DNA from: Clostridia bacterium
Lineage (GTDB): Bacteria > Bacillota > Clostridia > Christensenellales > Borkfalkiaceae
Direction: 5' to 3'
Length of the DNA: 48,333 bases
Assembly (NCBI GenBank): GCA_017504065.1
Contig: JAFVRU010000176.1
Coordinates: 1-48,333, forward strand
This document shows positions 17,435-27,866 of the stretch, in pieces. The notes below the pieces were generated by a model. That model ran no database searches and was not told the origin of the DNA. It saw only the letters and a program-made list of their open reading frames with translations. The translations under genes and the position numbers were made by a program. How positions within the stretch are numbered: the first letter of the stretch is position 1; every line of letters starts with the position of its first letter.

Positions 17435-18562
17435 ATGATCTATTTCGATAACGCCGCAACGGGCGGCAGAAAACCCGATCGAGTCTTGACCGCAGTTTCT
17501 TCCGCGATAAAAGTTTGCGCCAATCCCGGTCGGAGCGGGCACAAGCTCTCGCTCGCTTGCGCGACCTTGGTACAAAATTGCCGATACGCTTTAACCGATT
17601 TTTTCAACGGCTACGGATTCGACCGCGTCGTATTTACCAAAAACTGTACGGAAGCGCTGAATATCGCCCTGTTCGGCGTACTCAAACAAGGCGATCACGT
17701 AATTACAACCTGCATGGAACACAATTCCGTGCTCCGACCTTTGGAATATTGGAAGCAGGCGGGCAAAATCAACTACGACGTATGCGCGATAGATACGCTT
17801 ACGCACAACCTTTCTCCCGAATCCATACGCGCGTTGTTGCGCCCGAACACACGGCTTGTCGCGGTTACGACCGCGTCCAACGTCAACGGCGCGATCCCCC
17901 CGCTAAAAGCGATCCGCAAAGCGTTGCCCGACGACGTCTTACTCTTATGCGACGCGGCGCAGGGCGGCGGACATATCCCTATCGATATGCGAGAAACGGG
18001 GATCGATTTGCTCGCCGTAGCGGGGCATAAAGGCATGTTCGGCATACAGGGCAGCGGCGCTCTGCTCTTTTCCGATCGAGTCGATCCGTCGCCTTTATTC
18101 TACGGCGGAACGGGCTCGATGAGTCTTTCGTTGGAGATGCCCGATTTCTACCCCGACCGTTTGGAAGCGGGCACGGTGGCGTATCCCGCGATCCTATCCC
18201 TGCTCGAAGGCACGCGGTATTTAAAAACGCGCTTGACGGACATTGGCGCGCGGGTAACCGAACTCACCGCGTACTGCGTAAAAAGGCTCTCCGCTTTGGA
18301 AAACTATCTCCTATATTCCGTTCCCAATCCCTGCGGAATCGTTGCATTCCGACACAAGAGCTTGCAATCGGAATACGTCGCTTCCGTGCTCTCGTCCGAT
18401 TACGACATTGCAACGCGCGGGGGCTTGCATTGCGCGCCTTTGATGCACGAAGCGTTGGGAACGCTGGACGACGGCTTGGTGCGCGCTTCCTTTTCCCATT
18501 TCAACTCCCCCACGGAGATCGACCGACTCATCGACGCGTTAGCGGCGATCGACAAGCGTTAG
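17435..18562 (+). CDS. Class-V aminotransferase fold PLP enzyme (cysteine desulfurase / selenocysteine lyase family)
   Basis: MIYFDNAATG start region, PLP-lysine context AGHKGMFG, and active-site Cys context TRGGLHCAP. Start moved to the ATG at 17435. Confidence 0.85.
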   Translation: MIYFDNAATGGRKPDRVLTAVSSAIKVCANPGRSGHKLSLACATLVQNCRYALTDFFNGYGFDRVVFTKNCTEALNIALFGVLKQGDHVITTCMEHNSVLRPLEYWKQAGKINYDVCAIDTLTHNLSPESIRALLRPNTRLVAVTTASNVNGAIPPLKAIRKALPDDVLLLCDAAQGGGHIPIDMRETGIDLLAVAGHKGMFGIQGSGALLFSDRVDPSPLFYGGTGSMSLSLEMPDFYPDRLEAGTVAYPAILSLLEGTRYLKTRLTDIGARVTELTAYCVKRLSALENYLLYSVPNPCGIVAFRHKSLQSEYVASVLSSDYDIATRGGLHCAPLMHEALGTLDDGLVRASFSHFNSPTEIDRLIDALAAIDKR

Positions 18563-18582
18563 CGGCGATCGACAGGCGTTAG
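18530..18582. repeat. 20-bp tandem repeat, about 2.7 copies
   Basis: The unit ATCGACRGCGTTAGCGGCG repeats at 18530, 18550 and 18570 (last copy partial). It spans the stop codons of both convergent genes. Confidence 0.8.
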
Positions 18583-18854
18583 TCGATGGCTTTGAGTTTC
18601 TCTACGACGACGCGGAGTTTTCGACGCTGCGCCCCGTCCAACATCGGCGCAAAGCTTTGGTAAAACCGTTCGATTTCTTCATTGGAAAGCGTGCCTGCGC
18701 GTTTGCTTTTTTCCGCTTCCGCCAAGATTTGGCGCAACATTTCCGCGTTGCTTTTCCCGTTATACGCAGCGGCGATCTTTTTCGTTAAATCTTCCGCCGC
18801 GCCCTGTTCCTGCGTTCCCGTCGGCTTGCTTCTCGTTTCCCTAAAACTTTTCAT
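18579..18854 (-). CDS. Hypothetical small protein
   Basis: 91 aa counted from the internal ATG (MKSFRETRSK), which has the RBS GGGGTGGAG. No recognisable motif. Confidence 0.5.
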   Translation of the reverse strand: MKSFRETRSKPTGTQEQGAAEDLTKKIAAAYNGKSNAEMLRQILAEAEKSKRAGTLSNEEIERFYQSFAPMLDGAQRRKLRVVVEKLKAID

Positions 18855-18941
18855 AGCTCCACCCCTTTCGGTTTTTAGTACATAGTATTCCCTTGCGCGA
18901 GTTTTCGACACTTTCTTATCCCCCGCGGCATACAATAGAGT

Positions 18942-19232
18942 ATGGAAATTTTTGTACTCGTTTTGTTATACTACCTTTCGCAAAACCCCAATTTCGCCGA
19001 GAGCGTGAAACCGCTGATGAGCAAGTTGAAGGATTCCGAGCAAATGCTGGGCTTTTTGAACGATCTATCCAAATTCTCGCAAACGTTCGGAGCGAGTCCG
19101 AACCCTGCGCCAAAAGGGGAAGCAGCGCAACCGAAATCGGACGAAGATAAAAAAACGCCGCAATCCCCGACTTCGGGAATTGCAGACGAATTCATCGAAA
19201 ATATTTTGGAAAATTACTTGAAAAAGCGTTGA
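18942..19232 (+). CDS. Hypothetical small protein (N-terminal hydrophobic segment, acidic/Pro-rich middle)
   Basis: 96-aa ORF filling the gap between two minus-strand genes. Weak RBS, with TACAAT only 5 nt upstream of the ATG. Confidence 0.4.
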   Translation: MEIFVLVLLYYLSQNPNFAESVKPLMSKLKDSEQMLGFLNDLSKFSQTFGASPNPAPKGEAAQPKSDEDKKTPQSPTSGIADEFIENILENYLKKR

Positions 19233-19234
19233 GC

Positions 19235-19933
19235 TTACGCGATGGAAAATCCGCCGTTGACGGGCAAATCGATCCCCGTTACGTATTCGTTTTCCACCAA
19301 GAACCAAACGGCTTCCGCAACGTCGCCGCCGCTACCCAACCGCCCGACGGGGATTTCTTCCCGAAGCGCGGAAAGCTCGTCCGTGGAAAACCGCGCGTTC
19401 ATCGGCGTATCGATCACGCCCGGGGAAACGCTGTTAACGCGTATTCCCGAATACCCCAATTCCTTGGCGAGCGCTTTCGTGAACCCGATCAACGCGGCTT
19501 TGGTCGAAGAATAGACGCTTTCACAACTCCCGCCGACTTCACCCCAAACGGACGCGATATTCACGATCGCGCCGTTTTGGCGCGCGATCATGCCTTTTGC
19601 GGCTTCTCGGCTACATAAAAACGCGCCGCCGACGTTGACCGCGAACAAGCGTTGCCATTCCGCGTACGTTACGTCTTGTAGCTGCTTAATTTGGGACAAG
19701 CCCGCGTTGTTGACGAGCACGTCCACTTTCCCGATTTTTGCAAAGAGCGCAACGACTTCGTCTTCCTTGGAAACGTCCGTTTTATACACTTCGATTCCCG
19801 CAAGACGAGTCTTTTCCGCGTTCTCATCGTCCTTGGAATAGGTTACGCAAACGCGGTATCCCGCGCCCAAAAATTTGTCCGCGATGCTGCGACCGATCCC
19901 GCGCACACCGCCCGTAATCAATACCGTTTTCAT
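19235..19933 (-). CDS. SDR-family oxidoreductase (FabG-like)
   Basis: 232 aa. TGGVRGIGRS cofactor motif, NNAG, and the catalytic YSSTKAAL (YxxxK). Confidence 0.85.
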   Translation of the reverse strand: MKTVLITGGVRGIGRSIADKFLGAGYRVCVTYSKDDENAEKTRLAGIEVYKTDVSKEDEVVALFAKIGKVDVLVNNAGLSQIKQLQDVTYAEWQRLFAVNVGGAFLCSREAAKGMIARQNGAIVNIASVWGEVGGSCESVYSSTKAALIGFTKALAKELGYSGIRVNSVSPGVIDTPMNARFSTDELSALREEIPVGRLGSGGDVAEAVWFLVENEYVTGIDLPVNGGFSIA

Positions 19934-19945
19934 ACCGCTCCGTCC

Positions 19946-20455
19946 TTACGCGTTTTCTGTCAACGCGACGATCTCTTTCGCGATCGTTTCAGGCGTTTTG
20001 CCGTCCACGTCCACGATATAATCGGCTACGTGCTCGTACACGGGCGTACGCTCACGGAGCAATCGTTCTAAACGCTGCCGAATATTCTCCGTCGAAGTTT
20101 GCAACAACGGGCGTTCCCCGTCCACTTTCAAACGCTTGGAGAGCGTGTCGAGCGTCGCGCGCAAAAATACGATCTTGCCGTTTTCCTGCAAAAGCGCGTT
20201 GTTTTCCGTTTTTAATACCAAACCGCCGCCCGTGGAAACGACGAGCCCGTCCTGTTTGACAAGCTCCTTGACGATCTCCGTTTCGAGTTTGCGGAAATGC
20301 GCTTCCCCGTAATATTCGAAAATATCGGAGATTTTTCCGTGTTTGTCCACGATCAAGCCGTCCGTGTCGTACCATCTGCGACCCGTAATTTCGGCGATCT
20401 TAATCCCGATGGTCGTTTTTCCCGCGCCCATCATACCGCATAAAATCAAATTCAT
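19946..20455 (-). CDS. aroK: Shikimate kinase
   Basis: MNLILCGMMGAGKTTIG Walker A. I prefer the ATG at 20453-20455 over the TTG at 20482, which lies inside aroQ. Confidence 0.9.
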   Translation of the reverse strand: MNLILCGMMGAGKTTIGIKIAEITGRRWYDTDGLIVDKHGKISDIFEYYGEAHFRKLETEIVKELVKQDGLVVSTGGGLVLKTENNALLQENGKIVFLRATLDTLSKRLKVDGERPLLQTSTENIRQRLERLLRERTPVYEHVADYIVDVDGKTPETIAKEIVALTENA

Positions 20456-20471
20456 GTCCGTATCCGTCCGA

Positions 20472-20912
20472 TTATTTTCCAAGCGCGGCTTTTAACCCCG
20501 CAATCGCGGCGATATAGCTCCCTTCGCCGAACCCGCAAACAACGCCCTTGCAGACTTCGGAAAGCACGCTCGTTTTACGGAATTCTTCCCGCGCGTGTAC
20601 GTTGGAAATATGCGTTTCCACCACGGGAATATCGATCGCGGCGATCGCGTCCCGCAACGCGTAGCTATAATGCGTGAACGCCCCCGCGTTGAACACGATC
20701 CCGTCGCAAGTTTTTTGCAAATACGCTTCGTGTAATTTGTCCACGAGTTCGCCTTCGATATTGCTTTGATAGAATTCGACCTGATCGCCGTTCTGTTCGC
20801 AATACGCCGCAATGCGCGCGTTGATTTCATCGAGCGTCGCGTTGCCGTAAACGCCCTTCTCCCGCTTGCCCGTCAAATTGAGATTGACTCCGTTCATCAC
20901 CAAAAATTTCAT
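20472..20912 (-). CDS. aroQ: Type II 3-dehydroquinate dehydratase
   Basis: 146 aa. MKFLVMNGVNLNLTGKREKGVYG and HISNVHAREEFR are canonical AroQ blocks. Confidence 0.9.
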   Translation of the reverse strand: MKFLVMNGVNLNLTGKREKGVYGNATLDEINARIAAYCEQNGDQVEFYQSNIEGELVDKLHEAYLQKTCDGIVFNAGAFTHYSYALRDAIAAIDIPVVETHISNVHAREEFRKTSVLSEVCKGVVCGFGEGSYIAAIAGLKAALGK

Positions 20913-21742
20913 GACCGTTCTCCTTTCGGTTGTTCTCTATCTTCCTGTAAATACCGCGCGTAAAGCGCTCTCGCCTGTGCTTCGTCCGCTGGGATTCCCA
21001 AATATAAGCAATCCGCGTAATAAGCTTGATAAAACAGCATCGCCGCGCCGTTGACCGTCTTTAACCCCGCCGTTTTTGCGAGCCGTAAAAACTCCGATTC
21101 CGCAGGTTTATAAATGAGATCGACCGCCACCGTTGCGCCCGCAAACGCGCCCACCGTAACGGGGGAAACGCCCACGCTGTCGTGCATGCCCACACCCGTA
21201 CAGTTGACGAGTAAATCATACCCGCCGCTTTCGGGATTCTCCGCCGCGCGCACGCCGAGCTCCGAGCAAAGCTCCCGCAGTTTGTCCTGCCGTCTTTGGT
21301 AAACGTATACTTCCGCGCCCGCCTTTTTCAACGCCGCCGCCGAGCTCCTGCCCGCCCCGCCGCCGCCGAGTACGAGTACGCGTTTCCCGCTTACTTCCAC
21401 CCCCGCGGCTTGCAGCATGAGTAAAAATCCGACCCCGTCCGTATTATAACCCGTTCGGGTTGCCGAAACGACGGTATTCACCGCGCCGAACCCGAATGCG
21501 TCGCCAGAAATATCGTCCAAATACGACATCACGTCCCGTTTGTAGGGAATGGTAACGTTAAAGCCGTCGAAATCCCCGAGCAAGCGTCGGATCACGTCGT
21601 CAAACGCCGCTACGTCAACGGAAATCTTTTCATACGCGCACTCTACGCCAAATTCCCGTAAAATAAACTTGTGAATGCGTTCGCTATCCGATTTGGAAAC
21701 GTCTTTCCCAACCAAGCCCAAACGCAATTTTTGCGGTTTCAT
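20909..21742 (-). CDS. aroE: Shikimate dehydrogenase
   Basis: NVTIPYK motif and the GGGGAGRS NADP fold. Start moved to the ATG at 21740-21742, which has GGGGG upstream. Confidence 0.85.
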   Translation of the reverse strand: MKPQKLRLGLVGKDVSKSDSERIHKFILREFGVECAYEKISVDVAAFDDVIRRLLGDFDGFNVTIPYKRDVMSYLDDISGDAFGFGAVNTVVSATRTGYNTDGVGFLLMLQAAGVEVSGKRVLVLGGGGAGRSSAAALKKAGAEVYVYQRRQDKLRELCSELGVRAAENPESGGYDLLVNCTGVGMHDSVGVSPVTVGAFAGATVAVDLIYKPAESEFLRLAKTAGLKTVNGAAMLFYQAYYADCLYLGIPADEAQARALYARYLQEDREQPKGERS

Positions 21743-21759
21743 CAAATACCTGCCCCCTT

Positions 21760-23016
21760 TCAACGTAATTTTACGTCCAATTTCTCAAAGAAATCGGGGA
21801 AGGAAATTTCACAGCATTCGGGCGTGTCGATCTCCCCGCCGTTTTCGGAAGCGATGAGCCCCACCGCGCCCGTCATGGCGATCCGATGATCGAGATAACT
21901 GCGTACCGCGCCGCCTGCAAGCGTTTTCTTACCGCGGATCACAAATCCGTCGGGCAAGGCTTCGCAATCCCCGCCGAGATTTCGAATCAACTCCGTCGTC
22001 GTCTGAATACGGTCGCTTTCCTTGACCCGCAATTCCTGCGCGCCGACGATACGGCTTTCCCCGTCCGCAAAGGCGCACAACAGCGCGACCAACGGCAATT
22101 CGTCGATCATGGACGGCGCGTCTTCCGCCGTCAGCGTGATCGCCCGCATATCCGATTTTTCCACGAGTATATCCGCCGTCGCTTCCCCACCCGAAATACG
22201 GGTGTTGCATAACGAGTATTTCACTCCCAAACGCTCGAACGCTTTCAAAATCCCCGTCCGAGTGGGGTTGATCCCCACGTTTTTACACAAAGTTTTTCCT
22301 TTCAACGCGCCGAGCGCCATAAAATACGCCGCCGAAGAAATATCCGACGGAACGCATACGTCTAACGAATGCAACGCGCTTCTGCGGATCGTCGCCGTAT
22401 TCCCGTCGATTTGCAAATCCGCGCCCATCGCTTTTAGCATACGCTCGGTATGATCTCGGGATTTGACAGGCTCGGTTACCGCGACTTCGCCGTCCGCGGA
22501 AAGTCCCGCCAAAAGCAACGCGCTCTTTACCTGCGCCGAAGCGATTTTTAAAGAAATTTCCGCGCCGTGTAACGCAGCGGGCGCAACGAATAACGGCGCG
22601 TGTCCGTCCGTCGTTTTTACGTCCGCGCCGAGCGCCGACAACGGCTCGGCAATCCGTCCCATAGGCCGAGCGGAAAGCGACGCGTCGCCGTATAATTTCG
22701 CGTCGATCTTTTTCCCCGCGACAAACCCTGTCAAAAGTCGCATCGTCGTGCCGGAGTTCCCGCAGTCGAGCTCCATACCCCGCCGAAACGCCGTCGCGCC
22801 TTTCACGCGCAGCGTATTCCCGTCCACGTCAATCTTCGCGCCGAGCGCGCGCATACAACGGCAGGTGGAAACGCAATCTTCGCCCATTAAGGCGTTCGTG
22901 ATCACCGCTTCCCCGTCCACGCCGCTATTCAGCATGATCGCGCGATGGGTAATAGATTTGTCGCCCGGCAATTCAAATTCGCCGTCAAACCGTTCTCTTG
23001 CCGAAATGCGTACCAT
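21760..23016 (-). CDS. aroA: 3-phosphoshikimate 1-carboxyvinyltransferase (EPSP synthase)
   Basis: 418 aa. LPGDKSITHRAIML, GNSGTTMRLL and the C-terminal DHRIAM are canonical blocks. Confidence 0.95.
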   Translation of the reverse strand: MVRISARERFDGEFELPGDKSITHRAIMLNSGVDGEAVITNALMGEDCVSTCRCMRALGAKIDVDGNTLRVKGATAFRRGMELDCGNSGTTMRLLTGFVAGKKIDAKLYGDASLSARPMGRIAEPLSALGADVKTTDGHAPLFVAPAALHGAEISLKIASAQVKSALLLAGLSADGEVAVTEPVKSRDHTERMLKAMGADLQIDGNTATIRRSALHSLDVCVPSDISSAAYFMALGALKGKTLCKNVGINPTRTGILKAFERLGVKYSLCNTRISGGEATADILVEKSDMRAITLTAEDAPSMIDELPLVALLCAFADGESRIVGAQELRVKESDRIQTTTELIRNLGGDCEALPDGFVIRGKKTLAGGAVRSYLDHRIAMTGAVGLIASENGGEIDTPECCEISFPDFFEKLDVKLR

Positions 23017-24080
23017 TATTTACCGTCCTTTACCGCTTTCAACAAAGCGGTTTTATACTCGTCGAAAGGCAACGCAAACTGCGCCCATTCGCCTTCCGTT
23101 TTCGCTACCGCCATACGGATTTTTCCGTCTTCTGCGTTCTTTTTATCCGACCGAGCCTTCTTCGCGTGCTTTCCAATCTCCGAAAAATCGGGCTCGGTTT
23201 GCGGAGTTAACGCAAGCGCGCGCTGCACGAGCCGTATCAATCGCTCCCCGTAGGCGCATTCGCAAACGCCCGCCGCGATCGCCATACGCGTTTCAAAAAG
23301 CATGCCGTACAACACGCTTTCGCCGTGAGAAAGCCCGCTCGTGAGCTCGATCGCATGCCCCGTCGTATGTCCGACGTTCAGCGATTTTCGCTCCCCCGAT
23401 TCCCTTTCGTCCGCTTCTACCACGCGCGCTTTGTGCCGCACGCAAGCTTCTACAAGCGTCGTCAAAAATTCCAAATCCGAAAGCGCGTCTACACGTTCTT
23501 CCAAAAGCCGCAAAATCTCCGCGTTAAGCGCGGCATACTTCACGATCTCCCCAACGCCGCATTTGATCTCCCGCTTTGGAAGCGTAGCCAAAAACGTGGG
23601 GTCTATGAGTACTTCACAAGGCTGATAGAACGCCCCGACGACGTTTTTTACTCCGCCGAGATCCACCGCCGTTTTCCCGCCGACGCTACTATCCACTTGC
23701 GCGAGCAAAGTCGTAGGGATTTGCACGCAGGATATCCCACGCATATACAAAGCCGCCGCCAAGCCGCCGATATCCCCGACTACGCCGCCGCCAACCGCAA
23801 ACAGTCTTGACGTTCGTCTCAACCCTGCCTGCGTCATTTTTTCTAAAATTTCATAAAGGGAGTGGAAATTCTTATGCGTTTCCCCCGCAGGCAACACGAA
23901 AAGTTCCGTATTCGGAAAATACGTTTTGAACCAATCCGCATACAGCGCGTACACGTTGGAATCCGTCAGAACGAAATTTTTCTGTCCTGCCGTCAAGCTC
24001 GGCAAACGCGCCGCAATCGCGTCGTTTCCAATATAGATTGTTCCCGCCATCGACGGCGTTTGTAACGTAATCTTCCGCAC
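23016..24080 (-). CDS. aroB: 3-dehydroquinate synthase
   Basis: 354 aa. GGGVVGDIGGLAAALYMRGI, DSSVGGKTAV and the metal-binding HTTGHAIE. GTG start with AAGGAG 6 nt upstream; 1-nt stop/start overlap with aroA. Confidence 0.9.
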   Translation of the reverse strand: MRKITLQTPSMAGTIYIGNDAIAARLPSLTAGQKNFVLTDSNVYALYADWFKTYFPNTELFVLPAGETHKNFHSLYEILEKMTQAGLRRTSRLFAVGGGVVGDIGGLAAALYMRGISCVQIPTTLLAQVDSSVGGKTAVDLGGVKNVVGAFYQPCEVLIDPTFLATLPKREIKCGVGEIVKYAALNAEILRLLEERVDALSDLEFLTTLVEACVRHKARVVEADERESGERKSLNVGHTTGHAIELTSGLSHGESVLYGMLFETRMAIAAGVCECAYGERLIRLVQRALALTPQTEPDFSEIGKHAKKARSDKKNAEDGKIRMAVAKTEGEWAQFALPFDEYKTALLKAVKDGK

Positions 24081-24090
24081 CGTTTACTCC

Positions 24091-25230
24091 TTATACCAAG
24101 CTTTGATAGCGAGATACGACTTCCTGCATAGTATCTCCGCCCAAGCGTTTTGCCACTACGTTTGCCAGCGTTTCCGCAACCACGCTCTCCGCGATGATCT
24201 CCATCGCAAAAATCGCGCAAACGTCGCTCCGTTCCGAAGCCGCTACGTCCTGTTCCCGAGTCAAAAAATCCACCGTTTTCAAACCTTTCATTAGCGTAGG
24301 AATGGGCTTCATCGCCACCCGCAAAACGAGTTCTTCCCCGTTCGACATACCGCCTTCGATTCCGCCCGCGCGGTTGGTTTGGCGGTAAAATCTTTTCTCC
24401 GAATCATAAGAAATCTCGTCGTGTACGTCTTTCCCGCTCCTTTCCGCAACGGCAAATCCGTCGCCGATCTCCACGCCTTTTACCGCCTGAATGCTCATTA
24501 AATTCCCCGCAAGCTGCGCGTCCAGCTTCTCCGCATACGTCATCATGCTCCCGAACCCGCTTTTCAAGCCTTTCACGCGGATCTCTACGACTCCACCCGC
24601 CGTATCGCCCGCTTTTTTCAGCTCCGAAATTTTTTCTTCCGCGCGTTGTTCCGCAACGGGATCGAGCATACCCACCCCCGTCGTTTTCGCGCGCGCGAGT
24701 TCGTTAAACGCATACCTGCCCGTGTCTTTTATACCGCAGACTTCTTTTACGTACCCGCCGATCTCTACGCCGAGCGCCGACAAATACTGCCGATAGATCT
24801 CGCCTGCCGCAACGCGAATCGCCGTTTCCCGAGCAGAAGCGCGTTCCAAAATATTCCGCGCGTCGGTTTGACCGAATTTCAACATTCCCGTCAAATCGGC
24901 GTGCCCAGGGCGTACGCGCGTTACGCTTTTTGCCCGCATCATGTTTTCGTCGCAAGCTTCCGCCGACATACAGGTTTTCCAATTCTCAAAATCCTTGTTA
25001 TAAATGCAAAGCGTAACGGGACTGCCGAGCGTTTCACCGTTGCGAATCCCCGTCAAAATCTCGACCCGATCCCGTTCGATCTTTTGACGTCCGCCGCGCC
25101 CAAACCCGCTCTGCCGCAATGCGAGCGCCGCGTTGATTTGTTCCACGTCGATTTTTAAATGCGCGGGCAAGCCTTCGATAATCGCCACCAACGCTTTGCC
25201 GTGCGATTCCCCCGCCGTCGTCAATTTCAT
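24091..25230 (-). CDS. aroC: Chorismate synthase
   Basis: 379 aa. MKLTTAGESHGKALVAIIEGLPA, GRGGRQKIERD and RPGHADL are canonical blocks. Confidence 0.95.
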   Translation of the reverse strand: MKLTTAGESHGKALVAIIEGLPAHLKIDVEQINAALALRQSGFGRGGRQKIERDRVEILTGIRNGETLGSPVTLCIYNKDFENWKTCMSAEACDENMMRAKSVTRVRPGHADLTGMLKFGQTDARNILERASARETAIRVAAGEIYRQYLSALGVEIGGYVKEVCGIKDTGRYAFNELARAKTTGVGMLDPVAEQRAEEKISELKKAGDTAGGVVEIRVKGLKSGFGSMMTYAEKLDAQLAGNLMSIQAVKGVEIGDGFAVAERSGKDVHDEISYDSEKRFYRQTNRAGGIEGGMSNGEELVLRVAMKPIPTLMKGLKTVDFLTREQDVAASERSDVCAIFAMEIIAESVVAETLANVVAKRLGGDTMQEVVSRYQSLV

Positions 25231-25247
25231 ACGCTTCTCCTTTTTCC

Positions 25248-27836
25248 TTAATATTCCCTATTCCCGTTTTGCGCCGAGAAAATATATTCCCCGTCCGCAT
25301 AATCCACGATCACTTTTTGCCCGTTACGGATACGTCCGAGCAAAATTTCTTCCGATAAACGGTCTTCAATCCGACGTTGAATAACCCGTTTCAAGGGCCG
25401 AGCCCCGTACTGCGGATCGTAGCCTTCCGAAACCAAACCGTCCAACGCCCGCTCGGTAACCGTCAACAAAATCCCGCGCTGTTCTAATAGCCGCTTAGCA
25501 AGCCCGTCGAGCATTTTCCCGCCGATCTTCATACAATCCGCTTGCGAGAGTTTGTGGAAAACGATGATATCGTCGATACGGTTCAAAAACTCCGGACGGA
25601 ATTTCTCTTTCAAGGCTTTGGTGATATTTTCTTTCATCGAGTCGTACTCTTTTTCCCCGACTCCGTCGCCGCTTCTTCCGTCGCTACCGAACCCGTATAC
25701 ACCCGTCCGTTCGCTTTCCGCAACCGACGCTCCCGTATTCGAAGTCAAGATGATCACCGCGTTTTTAAAGCTCACCGTCCTGCCCTTACTGTCCGTCAAA
25801 CGCCCGTCGTCAAGTATTTGCAACAGCAAGTTGAACACGTCGGGATGCGCCTTTTCGATTTCGTCGAACAAAATCACGCAATAGGGTTTCGTCCGCACCT
25901 TGTCGGTGAGCTGCCCCGTTTGTAAATCTTCGTAGCCCACGTATCCCGGGGGCGCGCCGATGAGTTTGGAAATGGACTGCTTTTCCATATACTCGCTCAT
26001 ATCCAAGCGAATCATTTGTTCTTCCGAACCGAACATCGCTTCCGCGAGCGCCTTACAAAGATCGGTTTTCCCGACCCCCGTAGGTCCTACGAAAATAAAC
26101 GAGCCGATCGGTCTTGACGGGTCTTTCAATCCCGCGCGAGCCCGCCGAATGGCTTTCGCTACGGCGTTTACCCCCGCATTTTGACCAATGATCCGTCTAT
26201 GCAAATCTTCTTCGAGCCGCATCAACTTCTCGCCTTCTTCCTGCGTGATTTTCAACAGCGGAATACGCATTCTTGCGCTGACGATCGCCGCCACGTGCTC
26301 CCGCGCGATCGCGAGCCGCCCGTCCGCCAACCGCTTGGGCGATTGCGCTTGTTCGAGCGCTTTGATCTTGTCGATCACTCGTTGCTTCTTTTTCAACGCG
26401 TCGTTCGCGAGCGCATACTCGCCCCGTTTTTCGTGCGTAAGCCGTTCCGCTTCGTAAATGCGTTCTTCTTCCAAAGCGTCCTGCATTTCCACGCTACCGC
26501 CTTCTTCGACGATCCGCACCCGAGCCGCCGCTTCGTCGATTAAATCGATGGCTTTATCGGGTAAAAACCGATCGTTGATATAGCGGGAAGAAAGCTTTAC
26601 CGCCGCTTCGATCGCTTCGTCCGTGATCACGATCCCGTGGTGCTGTTCGTATTTCGAACGCAAGCCTTTCAAGATTGCAACCGTGTCCGCTTCCGACGGT
26701 TCTTCCACGTAAACGGGCGTAAACCGCCGCTCTAACGCGCTGTCTTTTTCGATATATTTCCGATATTCTTCGATCGTCGTAGCGCCGATAATTTGCAAAT
26801 CCCCACGCGCAAGCAAGGGCTTCAAAATATTCGCCGCGTCCATACTCCCGTCCGCCGAGCCGCCTGCTCCGACAAGAGTATGAATCTCGTCTATGAACAA
26901 TACGATGTCGCCGTCTTTCATGACGGTATCCATCAGGTTCTTTAATTTTTCTTCAAAATCGCCGCGGTATTTCGTGCCCGCCAACATGCCCGGTAAATCG
27001 ACCGAAAACACCGTCTTGTTATACAACTGTTCGGGAACTTGTCCGTTGACGATGAGCTGCGAAAGCCCTTCGACAATCGCGCTTTTCCCCACCCCGGGCT
27101 CGCCGACGAGTACGGGATTGTTTTTCATACGCCGAGAAAGGACTTGTACGACCTTTTCGATCTCTTTTTTTCGACCGATCACCGGGTCCATTTTCCCTTT
27201 TCTCGCCCGTTCGGTCATATCCGTTCCGCATTCGGGCAGTTTTTCCGCGCTTTTTCGTGACGCCGTTTTCAGCGGCTGTTTGGTTTCCTGTTCTACGGCA
27301 ATCGCCGTTTGCACGCTCGTATCTTCCGCTCCGCCGCCCGTGGGATACTCGCTCGTCAAAGGATTGCATTGGCTATCCGTTTCTACAAGCTCCCCGCGTT
27401 TTTTCTTATACTGTAACGCATTCAGCGCAGACAACGTCCGTTCCTTTAAATCCCCGACGTTGACCATGCCCTTTAAAAAACTCACGGCGCAACAATCGGA
27501 CGCGCAAAGGATCTGATAGAGCATGTGCGCAGTACCCGCTTTCATATCCCGCTGTTCCGCCATAGCCACCGCGCGATCGAACATTTGCCGTGTGCGCGGA
27601 GTCAAGCCTTGCCCCGCATACGCTTTGTCTACTTTGCGCGTAAACAGAGCCCGATACGCATTCGGCTGAACGCCGACGCCGACTAGAATTTTATACGCTT
27701 CACACTCCGGCAAACCCAAAAAAGCGAAAACGAAATGTTCGCTGCCGACGAAGCTCGTATTGAGTTCCGCCGCCGTCATATTGGCAAGCTCCAGCGCCTT
27801 TTTGAAATTATCCGTTGTCTTAGATAAAAAATCCAT
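25248..27836 (-). CDS. clpC: ATP-dependent Clp protease ATP-binding subunit ClpC-type
   Basis: 862 aa. Clp_N repeats, two AAA+ modules ([14 protein letters not shown]; [16 protein letters not shown]), a middle-domain linker, and a position downstream of mcsA-mcsB. Confidence 0.9.
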   Translation of the reverse strand: MDFLSKTTDNFKKALELANMTAAELNTSFVGSEHFVFAFLGLPECEAYKILVGVGVQPNAYRALFTRKVDKAYAGQGLTPRTRQMFDRAVAMAEQRDMKAGTAHMLYQILCASDCCAVSFLKGMVNVGDLKERTLSALNALQYKKKRGELVETDSQCNPLTSEYPTGGGAEDTSVQTAIAVEQETKQPLKTASRKSAEKLPECGTDMTERARKGKMDPVIGRKKEIEKVVQVLSRRMKNNPVLVGEPGVGKSAIVEGLSQLIVNGQVPEQLYNKTVFSVDLPGMLAGTKYRGDFEEKLKNLMDTVMKDGDIVLFIDEIHTLVGAGGSADGSMDAANILKPLLARGDLQIIGATTIEEYRKYIEKDSALERRFTPVYVEEPSEADTVAILKGLRSKYEQHHGIVITDEAIEAAVKLSSRYINDRFLPDKAIDLIDEAAARVRIVEEGGSVEMQDALEEERIYEAERLTHEKRGEYALANDALKKKQRVIDKIKALEQAQSPKRLADGRLAIAREHVAAIVSARMRIPLLKITQEEGEKLMRLEEDLHRRIIGQNAGVNAVAKAIRRARAGLKDPSRPIGSFIFVGPTGVGKTDLCKALAEAMFGSEEQMIRLDMSEYMEKQSISKLIGAPPGYVGYEDLQTGQLTDKVRTKPYCVILFDEIEKAHPDVFNLLLQILDDGRLTDSKGRTVSFKNAVIILTSNTGASVAESERTGVYGFGSDGRSGDGVGEKEYDSMKENITKALKEKFRPEFLNRIDDIIVFHKLSQADCMKIGGKMLDGLAKRLLEQRGILLTVTERALDGLVSEGYDPQYGARPLKRVIQRRIEDRLSEEILLGRIRNGQKVIVDYADGEYIFSAQNGNREY

Positions 27837-27866
27837 CGTTTTTCTCCTACCGTGATTTTTCCAACG

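Noticed and set aside
22463-23344. Long antisense ORFs: 22463-23344 (+, 293 aa), 39909-40730 (+), 33065-33865 (+), 42752-43522 (+), 530-1291 (+) and 41252-41878 (-)
   Set aside because: Each lies fully inside a confidently identified gene on the other strand (aroA/aroB, permease, proS, oppF, FAD oxidoreductase, nagB). Their translations are low-complexity and R/S/P-rich, typical of shadow frames.
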